Positions 17,948 through 25,681 of a stretch of 64,000 nt of DNA are shown in pieces. The stretch is from an uncultured bacterium (GTDB lineage: Bacteria; Patescibacteriota; Minisyncoccia; UBA6257; 2-01-FULL-56-20): assembly GCA_963719425.1 (NCBI GenBank), contig OY970382.1:742477-806476 (forward strand), given 5' to 3'. The stretch's first letter is position 1, and each line of letters opens with the position of its first letter. The notes under the pieces are model-generated. The model did not search any database. It had not been told where the DNA came from and saw only the letters and a program-made list of their open reading frames with translations. Position numbers and translations under genes: made by a program.

Positions 17948-19119
17948 GCGTCGTTGCCAGTCCCGCCCTCAATGATGCCCTGCTGCTTCAGGAAATCGCA
18001 GAGCGTGGACTGGTCAAATCCCGACCAGTTGATCTTCTGGTAGGTGTCCTTGTCCATTCCGTAGATCAGCACGGGAGTGTTGTTGTGCTGATTCCCGTAC
18101 GCGTCCGTTGTCTGGCCATCATATTCGACAAGAACATCGTAAGCATTATTGCCGGACGAGTATACGGTTTGGAATAGCTGAGCCGAGAGCTTGTTGGTCA
18201 CGTCGAGCAACGCGCTCTTGTCCAAGAAGTTCCCGACGTTCACGAAGACGGTGATCCCGGTCGTTCCCGCTGGCCGGTCCGGATCGGCAGCGTTTATTCG
18301 CAGATCCCCATAGTCCGCCTGAATGCCGCCGCCGAGCTTGGATATGTTGCCTTGAACGTTGTGCTTCAGCGCCTGTTGCGTTTGAAGAACCTGCTGCGCC
18401 CCCTGAAAGGTTTGGTCCGCAAGCGTTTGCTGTTCCTGCTTTATCGCAGCGGCTTGTGAGGTGGTGATCGCCGGAGATGCCTTGATCAAATCCAGCGCTT
18501 GGCTCTCGTCGCTGTTGCCCTGCTCAATGGAAGTGAATGCCGCGTTCGCCGCATCGGGATCAAGGAAGGAGAAACCGCCCTTCGGCACGGCGACATTGAT
18601 CGCCGCGACCAAGGCGTTGATGCCGCTTATCTGACTTGAAACTGCCTGATTGAGCAAGCTGTCTGCCTGCGACAAGTCGGAGGGGGCTTGGCCGTTCAGC
18701 GATTGGATGTTTTTCTGGGCCTGCGAGAAGTCGGCCTGCGCTTCGGTCTCGCTCGCGGTTACGAGGTCTTCAAGGTATTGTCCGCCGTAGATCGCCAGCG
18801 TGGGATCGCGCATGTCCTTCTGCGCTTTCTGGATGGCGGGTATCACGTTCGTCTGAACGGAGTTTATGTAATCCGCATCCGACAACTTGGGGCCGGAGTT
18901 GGTTGCGTTGGTAGTTTGCGCGGGGTTTGAAGCGACCGGGGTACCAGCTGGCGCGGTCGGACTGGTGATGCCGACGAGGACAAAGAACACGACTATCGCA
19001 CCGCCGAAGATCATGCCTACGCGTTTGCGCGAAGGCATTTTGATCCAAGATGGCTTTATGAGGCCAACGATAAGGCCAAGGAAAGAAACGAGGAGAAGAA
19101 CAATAAAGAAATCGTTCAT
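17920..19119 (-). CDS. Hypothetical membrane-anchored Gln/Ala/Ser-rich protein
   Basis: The likely start is MNDFFIVLLLVSFLGLIVGLI (ATG at 19119). The ORF-track extension to 19218 is probably readthrough. Confidence 0.5.
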   Translation of the reverse strand: MNDFFIVLLLVSFLGLIVGLIKPSWIKMPSRKRVGMIFGGAIVVFFVLVGITSPTAPAGTPVASNPAQTTNATNSGPKLSDADYINSVQTNVIPAIQKAQKDMRDPTLAIYGGQYLEDLVTASETEAQADFSQAQKNIQSLNGQAPSDLSQADSLLNQAVSSQISGINALVAAINVAVPKGGFSFLDPDAANAAFTSIEQGNSDESQALDLIKASPAITTSQAAAIKQEQQTLADQTFQGAQQVLQTQQALKHNVQGNISKLGGGIQADYGDLRINAADPDRPAGTTGITVFVNVGNFLDKSALLDVTNKLSAQLFQTVYSSGNNAYDVLVEYDGQTTDAYGNQHNNTPVLIYGMDKDTYQKINWSGFDQSTLCDFLKQQGIIEGGTGNDACNTLVNIQ

Positions 19120-19439
19120 GGTTGTGTGGTTGGTTGAAAAAACAAACGCCCCTCGCGCGGAGGAGCTTTCATCGACCAAAAAGCCCACCACGTGGGTGAG
19201 GGCTTTCGCCCTCCACACCGGTTTCCCGATGTGGCTGATCAGAGCAATCCCACATGATGGGGTTTTTAGCTCTGATCAGACTTCTTGTGCCATGCCGGGC
19301 ATTGCTGTCACGGTTTAGGCTACTGATTAAGTTGTGATTAGATATTACAATACTCCGGAGCATTTGCGAAGCATCGCCGATTTTGAAGCTACAGGAGCCC
19401 CCCTCAACTCTTCGAGGATAATCCGGTATAGTTCAGAAT

Positions 19440-21095
19440 ATGGCAACGCCAACAAATCCCGAGGAACTGCTTGAGGCACTTCGCCCATTGCAGATTAATG
19501 AAGACGAGGATGAGGAAAAGCGGCGAAAATGGCGTTACGTGATATACGCGAGAAAATCTACCGACGACAAGGACAAGCAAGTCCGTTCGCTCCCAGATCA
19601 GGTGCACGATTGTCAGGAGTTCGCGGCGGAACACAATCTCCATGTTGGTCTCAAGGACATCATCCAAGAAGCCGAATCGGCGAAAGAACCCGACATCCGG
19701 CCGAAGTTCCGTGCGATGATCGAAGATGTAAAGCGCGGGAAGTATGACGGCATCATCGCGTGGCATCCCGACCGGCTCGCGCGCAACATGAAAGACGCTG
19801 GTGAAATCATTGACCTCATCGACAAGCATATTATAAAAGACCTCCAGTTCAAGAGTTTCACGTTCACGAATGATCCAAGCGGCAAGATGCTACTCGGCAT
19901 CACCTTTGTTCTCGCAAAACAGTATTCCGAACAACTCGGCGTGAGCATCTCGCGCGGCAACCGACGGAGCATCGAGGAGGGGAAATATGTTGGCCGCACA
20001 AAGCACGGCTATTACAAAGACTCCGACCAATATCTCCGACCGGATGGTCAGAACTTCATCCTGATCAAAAACGCATTCCGGATGCGCATTGGGGGCTCGA
20101 CCTACGAACAAATCGCTGATTACCTCAACGCAAATGGGTATCAGCATGCACGGCGCGACGGCACTCACGTTCTGTTCAAAATGAATCTCAAGCGGGTTGA
20201 GAACTTCATGCGAGACACCGTCTATAGCGGAGTCATTGTGTACGGCAAGAAAGGCGGGGCCGTGAACCTCACAAAAATATACGACTTTCAACCAGCGATC
20301 AGCGTGCCGGATTTCATGAAAATCTATCACCTCGACAAAAAGGGATTCATGCGTCTTGCGAGAAAAAATCGACGCCAAGAAGATATAAAAGCAAGCCTCC
20401 TGCGAGGCATAGTGATTTGCGCGGCATGCGATGAGGTAATGTCGGCTGGCATCACACCAAAGCAAAACAAGGGAAGAGTCACACGATATTTTTACTACCG
20501 CTGCGACAATGAGGATTGTTCACGACACGACAAGTCGGTGCGGGCAAAGGTAATCTTGGATTACGCGAAGGAGTTCCTTGAAAAGAAACCATTCTCCTCG
20601 AGAAAGGCCTACAATCACTATGCCGAAGAAATGCCGCGGGTGGCGGCAGAGCGCGAGCGCGAAACGCGACTTCTTCTCGCAGGACAGAAAAATAGGAAGC
20701 TCCACCTCGAGAACAAGTTGGCCAAGCTGGAAGAGGGCCTCATGTACGAGGAAGACGAGGGTATAAAGGCTCTCTATCGCCGGGACAAGCCGACAGTGGA
20801 GGGCGATGTTAGAGGGGTTGATGCAGAAATCGACAGGCTTGAGGGCAAACTGAAGGCCGGAAAGACGGCCATACTCACATACACGGAGTTTCTCGAACTA
20901 ATGGAGAAAATGGGGGAAATGCTGACCTCCAAGACACCCATGAAGGATTTGGACGCGATCATCAGAAAAGTGTTCTCGAACTTTACCGTAAGCGCAAAAA
21001 AGGTAGAGAAATGGAGCCTTGCCGCGCCATTTGATGCGCTTTACGACCCCAAAATGACGAATGGTGGAGACGGGCGGAATCGAACCGCCGTGTAA
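19440..21095 (+). CDS. Large serine recombinase (phage-type serine integrase)
   Basis: 551 aa. YARKSTDDKDKQVRSLPDQ resolvase catalytic motif, recombinase domain, Cys zinc ribbon (CAACDEV...YYRCDNEDC), C-terminal coiled coil. Confidence 0.85.
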   Translation: MATPTNPEELLEALRPLQINEDEDEEKRRKWRYVIYARKSTDDKDKQVRSLPDQVHDCQEFAAEHNLHVGLKDIIQEAESAKEPDIRPKFRAMIEDVKRGKYDGIIAWHPDRLARNMKDAGEIIDLIDKHIIKDLQFKSFTFTNDPSGKMLLGITFVLAKQYSEQLGVSISRGNRRSIEEGKYVGRTKHGYYKDSDQYLRPDGQNFILIKNAFRMRIGGSTYEQIADYLNANGYQHARRDGTHVLFKMNLKRVENFMRDTVYSGVIVYGKKGGAVNLTKIYDFQPAISVPDFMKIYHLDKKGFMRLARKNRRQEDIKASLLRGIVICAACDEVMSAGITPKQNKGRVTRYFYYRCDNEDCSRHDKSVRAKVILDYAKEFLEKKPFSSRKAYNHYAEEMPRVAAERERETRLLLAGQKNRKLHLENKLAKLEEGLMYEEDEGIKALYRRDKPTVEGDVRGVDAEIDRLEGKLKAGKTAILTYTEFLELMEKMGEMLTSKTPMKDLDAIIRKVFSNFTVSAKKVEKWSLAAPFDALYDPKMTNGGDGRNRTAV

Positions 21096-21377
21096 AGGTA
21101 ATGCGCGTGGGCCGTCTACGGGCGTGTCTAGTGGAACACTAGCAACGCGATCCTAGTTTTCGCGCGCGGTATAGGATCATCCGCCGCGGCTAGTCCCCTT
21201 ATATAAGACCGGCTGTGAGCCCAAGGAACCCGGACTCGCCGATCCCGGCATTACGCGTAAGCGAACGCCGGAGCTGTAACTCTATTAGAGTTGGCAGTTA
21301 TGTTTTGTGCGGCAGTTACGTCGTCGCCCTCGGCCCGCAAACCCACTGCTTGCCCTTATCAAAGCCAGTGCGTCCCC
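21062..21377 (-). ncRNA. ssrA: Probable tmRNA (ssrA)
   Basis: 3' end GGCGG-UUCGAUU-CCGCC CGUCUCC A CCA (T-arm, acceptor, CCA). 5' GGGGACG pairs with it 316 nt upstream. CUGGCUUUGAUAAGGG resembles the conserved tmRNA 5' motif. Internal tag ORF GCC AAC ... = ANSNRVTAPAFAYA then UAA. Confidence 0.55.
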
Positions 21378-21479
21378 TATTCAATTGTCCCGCCATTGTA
21401 CCAAAACGGACACGATAAGTGCAACGCAAGGCCTTGAGCGACTCTGGCTTCAAAGGAGCGAGAAAGCTTCTCATTGCGC

Positions 21480-22055
21480 TTATTGCGCCTCCACCACCTT
21501 CTGCACGTTCGCACGCTTGAGCAACTCCGCCTGGAGCCACTCGGCGAGGTCTTTATCCATCGCCGGCAGGATCCCTTCCGATTCGTCCTCGCCGGATTTT
21601 TCTTCCTCCTCGCCCGCGGTCAAAATGACGAGCCGGCTCAAGCCAAGCATCTGGAACGAGAGGTCTCTTTCTATATCCGCATTCTGGATCTGGCGGTACG
21701 GGATCGCGGTTTCTTCTTTGTTCAAAACTCCTTTTTTGATCTTCAGCGCATCGTCGCCAAGATAAAATTTGTAGTTCCTATAAATGAGCCACGTAACCAA
21801 AAAAGTGACGGCGGCAACCAGCACGAAGACGAGAAACGCAATCCACGCGGAAAGACCGACGTAAGAACTGAGGTCAATGGAAAAAACATTTTTTAAGAAT
21901 GGCTGGCCCCGAAGGGCGAAGAGGACGATGGTGATGAGCAAAAACACCGCAGCAATGTGTATCCGGTCCAGAAGAAAGATCATGAAGGTCTTTTTCCCGA
22001 GCGTGTGATACACTTCCTGCGGAACGCCGGGGTGATCCACCGGTTTCTCGTCCAT
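21480..22055 (-). CDS. Bacterial PH-domain (YdbS/YdbT-like) membrane protein
   Basis: 191 aa, two TM helices followed by a bPH_2-like domain. Confidence 0.55.
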   Translation of the reverse strand: MDEKPVDHPGVPQEVYHTLGKKTFMIFLLDRIHIAAVFLLITIVLFALRGQPFLKNVFSIDLSSYVGLSAWIAFLVFVLVAAVTFLVTWLIYRNYKFYLGDDALKIKKGVLNKEETAIPYRQIQNADIERDLSFQMLGLSRLVILTAGEEEEKSGEDESEGILPAMDKDLAEWLQAELLKRANVQKVVEAQ

Positions 22056-22195
22056 GATGCTATTCTATCACACTCACGGGACGCACAGGCGAAGCGCACG
22101 CGCGGCAGGCGCAACGCTGGACAAAGACCGTTCGTCCACACTAGAATGATAAGGCAGCATCAAACGCACTCGGCAGCTTTTTCTCCAAAACTCCC

Positions 22196-22702
22196 ATACA
22201 AAAACCCCGCATCAACAGCCAAATAATTGCGCCCGAACTCCGCATCATAAGCGAGAAAGGGGAGAATCTCGGCGTGCTTCCGCGTGAAAAAGCGCTTGCC
22301 TTGGCGCGTCCCGCGGAAGGCATTGATCTTATTGAAATCTCGCCGAACGCGAAACCGCCCGTTGCGCGCCTTATGAGCTACGATAAGTTCCGCTACGAGA
22401 CGGCGAAGCGCGAGAGAAAGGAACGGCTCGCGCAGAAAGGCGGCGGCCTGAAGCACGTGCAAATCAGCGCCCGCGCGGCGCGGAACGACCTCATGATAAA
22501 ACTGAAGCAGCTTGAGGAATTCCTGGCCGAGGGGCACCAGGTGGAGATCAACATGCGCCTCCGCGGTCGCGAAAAAGGCATGAAGGACTGGGCACAGCAG
22601 AAGCTCGCGGATTTTATGAAGATGATCCCCGTGGAATATAAGCGCATCTCCGAACCCCGCTTCGCAAAATACGGCATGAGCGTCCAGATTGCGAAGAAAT
22701 AG
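22196..22702 (+). CDS. infC: Translation initiation factor IF-3
   Basis: ...PRINSQIIAPELRIISEKGENLGVL... and the C-domain match IF3. The reading frame is open upstream of the GTG at 22274. Probable non-AUG (AUA) start at 22196. Confidence 0.75.
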   Translation: MQKPRINSQIIAPELRIISEKGENLGVLPREKALALARPAEGIDLIEISPNAKPPVARLMSYDKFRYETAKRERKERLAQKGGGLKHVQISARAARNDLMIKLKQLEEFLAEGHQVEINMRLRGREKGMKDWAQQKLADFMKMIPVEYKRISEPRFAKYGMSVQIAKK

Positions 22703-22829
22703 AAACTTGCGCGCCCGAAAACTTTGTTGTACACTTCCTTCATTGAGCCCGTGCGGCTCGGTTTTAGTAAGCGTCCAGTTTTGGCGAATCCGGTGAGGTC
22801 CCGCGAAACTATTTTCGGAAACCAAAAAA

Positions 22830-23003
22830 ATGACCATGAGTAAATCCGTCACAGACCGAATAAGAATAACGAAGAACGGGAAGATCGTCCGCCGCCCGAT
22901 GGCGGTGGACCATTTCCGCACGCGGACGAACCAAAAAAACATCCGCAACAAACGGCAGTCCCGCTCGCTCGGCATATCCATAAAAACGTTAAAAAATTAT
23001 TAA
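22830..23003 (+). CDS. rpmI: Ribosomal protein L35
   Basis: 57-aa basic ORF MTMSKSVTDRIRITKNGKIVRR..., found by hand (below the ORF-track cutoff), sitting between infC and rplT. Confidence 0.7.
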   Translation: MTMSKSVTDRIRITKNGKIVRRPMAVDHFRTRTNQKNIRNKRQSRSLGISIKTLKNY

Positions 23004-23017
23004 TCATTACTTGACAA

Positions 23018-23362
23018 ATGCCGAGAGTTAAACGGGGAACCATGGCGAATAAGCGGCGCGCGAAGGTCCTTAAATATACCAAGGGATTCCGCTGGAGCCG
23101 CAAATCAAAGGAACGCGCCGCGAAGGAAGCGCTCCTCCATGCATGGACGCATGCATTCCGCGGCCGCAAAGAAAAGAAGCGGACCGCCCGCGCGCTTTGG
23201 AATGTGAAGATCAACGCCGCGGTCCGCGCAGAAGGGATGAATTACAGTAAATTTATCGCTGCCCTCAAGAAGAAGGGGGTGGTATTGGACCGAAAAATAC
23301 TCGCCGATCTCGCCGAGCACGAACCAGAGGTATTCAAGAAAGTAGCGGCGTTCGTGAAATAG
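23018..23362 (+). CDS. rplT: Ribosomal protein L20
   Basis: MPRVKRGTMANKRRAKVLKYTKGF... matches the L20 family. Confidence 0.9.
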   Translation: MPRVKRGTMANKRRAKVLKYTKGFRWSRKSKERAAKEALLHAWTHAFRGRKEKKRTARALWNVKINAAVRAEGMNYSKFIAALKKKGVVLDRKILADLAEHEPEVFKKVAAFVK

Positions 23363-23410
23363 ATTGCGATTGTAAAGAGGACCGGCGCGCGACGCCGGTT
23401 CTTCGCTGTT

Positions 23411-23920
23411 TCAATGTGATGGTCGCGCTGGGTGGTGGTATTGCCTGCTCCGCGCGCGAAGGAAATCGTTCGCCTGCTTTAAAACCTTCCGGGTGTCGCC
23501 ATATTTTTTGCCGATCACGCCCATCGCATCGCGATACAGGAACCATCCGTAGCCGCTGTGCTCACGGGGGATGATTTTTACTTCTGCCTTGTGTGTCTCG
23601 GCGAGAAAAAGAATGACGGTATCGTAAATGCCCTGATCCCCGATGCGGAAATAAAACCGCTCATAGGAGCGGAAATTCGGCACGATCCGCAATTCGGATT
23701 TTTTGATGCCTGTTTCCTCTTCAAGTTCGCGGAGCGCCGCGTCAATACTGCGCTCTCCCGGCTGGAAGTGCCCCTTTGGAAAATTCCAGTAGTTGCCGCG
23801 GCGGTAGAGTAAAAGGAATTTTACGCCGTCGCTTACCCTCCGATAGACCACAAACCCCGCCACTACCTGCTTTTTGGTGGGCGGCTTTTCAAATTGTTCC
23901 TGTGCGTGCAGGGGCATCAT
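23411..23920 (-). CDS. NUDIX hydrolase
   Basis: Nudix box GHFQPGERSIDAALRELEEETG. Confidence 0.75.
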   Translation of the reverse strand: MMPLHAQEQFEKPPTKKQVVAGFVVYRRVSDGVKFLLLYRRGNYWNFPKGHFQPGERSIDAALRELEEETGIKKSELRIVPNFRSYERFYFRIGDQGIYDTVILFLAETHKAEVKIIPREHSGYGWFLYRDAMGVIGKKYGDTRKVLKQANDFLRARSRQYHHPARPSH

Positions 23921-25668
23921 TTTAAGAATTTTTTCATCTTTTCTATTGGCCAGGCGTTTATTATATCATGCTTCGCGGCCCACCCGCGACGGGCCTCTGC
24001 AATGCCGTATTCCAAAAGAGAGAAGTGTGCGGCGGCGTGCGCATCGGAATCTATGGCCATAGGCACGTGGGCTCCCACGCACTTCCGCACGTATTCATCC
24101 TTAAGATCAAGGCGCTCGGGGAGCGCGTCAATTTCAAGGACGGTGCGGGCTTTCTTCGCGTGCGCAATAATCGCTTCCACATCTATGTCGTACGGCGGGC
24201 GGCGGTTGATGATGCGGCCAGTCGGGTGGAAAAAGATATCCACGTGCGGATTCGCCATTGCGCGCTTCACGCGCTCGGTCTGCTCCGCGCGCGGGAGATT
24301 GAAATGCGAATGCACCGAGACCCCGACCACGTCCAGTTTCGCAAGGACGGAATCGGAGAGATCCAGCGTGCCGTCCTTCAAAATGTCGCACTCGGTTCCC
24401 TTGAGAATAACGAACCTCCCCGCAAGCTTTTTGTTCAGCCGGTCAATTTCCGCCATCTGTTTCAAAATCCGCGTCTCGTCCAAGCCGTGCGTCATGGCGA
24501 GCCGCTTCGTATGGTCGGTGATCGCGATGTAGCGGAGCCCGCGCGCCATGGCGGCCTTCGCCATACCTTCTATGGAATCCGCCCCATCGGTCCAGTCGGT
24601 CTGCGTCTGGAGGTCTCCCAAGAGATCGTCGTAACCGATCAATTTCGGCAGCCGATGTGCCCGCGCGGCCTCCAACTCGCCCGTATTCTCGCGCAATTCC
24701 GGTTCAATATAGTCCATGCCGAACGCCTGATAAAGTTCCTCTTCGCTCGCGCCCGCGATCATTTTTTCCCTGCCACTTCCCCGGCGACCGCCCTCCAAGG
24801 AAAACAACCCATATTCGTTCAATTTCCATCCCTCCGTAACGGCAATCTTGCGCAGCGCGACGTTGTGATCCTTGGAGCCGGTGAAATAATTGAGCGCAGC
24901 GCCGTAGGATTCCTTCGGCACAACCCGAAGGTCAACGTTGATTCCGGATTTCAATTTCACCGATGATTTCGTCTCGCCGTGCGCAATGACTGACACCACG
25001 TCCGGCATGGAAACGAAATAATCCATGACCTCCTTCGGTTTTGTGGAAATAACAAGGATGTCCACGTCGCCGATTGTTTCTTTCCTGCGGCGCACGGAGC
25101 CCGCGGTGATTGCTTTCGCAACGCCCGCGACTCTTGCAAGGCCCATCTCAATGGCGCGGATTTGCGGCATCGTATAGCCCAAGAGGAATCGGCCGCCGGA
25201 GTTCTTGGCGAATCCGATGCCCTTCAGGATCTTTTCCTCGCTTTTCTCCCCAAACCCAGAGAGCTTCGCAATCCTGCCCGCCTTCGCTGCCTTTTCAAGG
25301 CCCGCGAGGTCGCTTATCCCCAATTTTTGATAAAGCTTTTTGATTGACTTCGGGCCAAGTCCCTCCACGCGCGATAAGCTTTCAAGATTCACCGGCGTTT
25401 TCTTCTTCAGACCCTCGTAATATTTCACTTTGCCGGTCCGCACGAATTCCTCTATCTTCTCCGCAATGGAAACGCCCACGCCGGGAATCTCCTGGAGCGC
25501 CTTCAGCCCGCCGCGCTCATAGATGTCGGCCACTTCTTCTTCCAATCCCTCTACGGCCATCGCCGCCTTTTGATACGCGCGCGGCTTGAAGGGGACGTTC
25601 TGCATCTCAAGATATTCCCCGATCTCGCGGAGAAGCTCGGCGACCGATTGGTTAGAAACTTTCTGCAT
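23917..25668 (-). CDS. polX: DNA polymerase X family protein with C-terminal PHP domain
   Basis: 583 aa. Pol-beta-like N-terminus with HhH, PHP histidine motifs at the C-terminus. 4-nt overlap with the downstream NUDIX gene. Confidence 0.85.
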   Translation of the reverse strand: MQKVSNQSVAELLREIGEYLEMQNVPFKPRAYQKAAMAVEGLEEEVADIYERGGLKALQEIPGVGVSIAEKIEEFVRTGKVKYYEGLKKKTPVNLESLSRVEGLGPKSIKKLYQKLGISDLAGLEKAAKAGRIAKLSGFGEKSEEKILKGIGFAKNSGGRFLLGYTMPQIRAIEMGLARVAGVAKAITAGSVRRRKETIGDVDILVISTKPKEVMDYFVSMPDVVSVIAHGETKSSVKLKSGINVDLRVVPKESYGAALNYFTGSKDHNVALRKIAVTEGWKLNEYGLFSLEGGRRGSGREKMIAGASEEELYQAFGMDYIEPELRENTGELEAARAHRLPKLIGYDDLLGDLQTQTDWTDGADSIEGMAKAAMARGLRYIAITDHTKRLAMTHGLDETRILKQMAEIDRLNKKLAGRFVILKGTECDILKDGTLDLSDSVLAKLDVVGVSVHSHFNLPRAEQTERVKRAMANPHVDIFFHPTGRIINRRPPYDIDVEAIIAHAKKARTVLEIDALPERLDLKDEYVRKCVGAHVPMAIDSDAHAAAHFSLLEYGIAEARRGWAAKHDIINAWPIEKMKKFLK

Positions 25669-25681
25669 ATCAAACGCAATA

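Noticed and set aside
21062-21150. Complete tRNA gene overlapping the 3' end of the serine recombinase gene
   Set aside because: Only the T-arm/acceptor/CCA half is present. No matching 5' acceptor strand, D-arm, or anticodon arm lies within ~90 nt. The matching 5' strand is 316 nt away, consistent with tmRNA instead.
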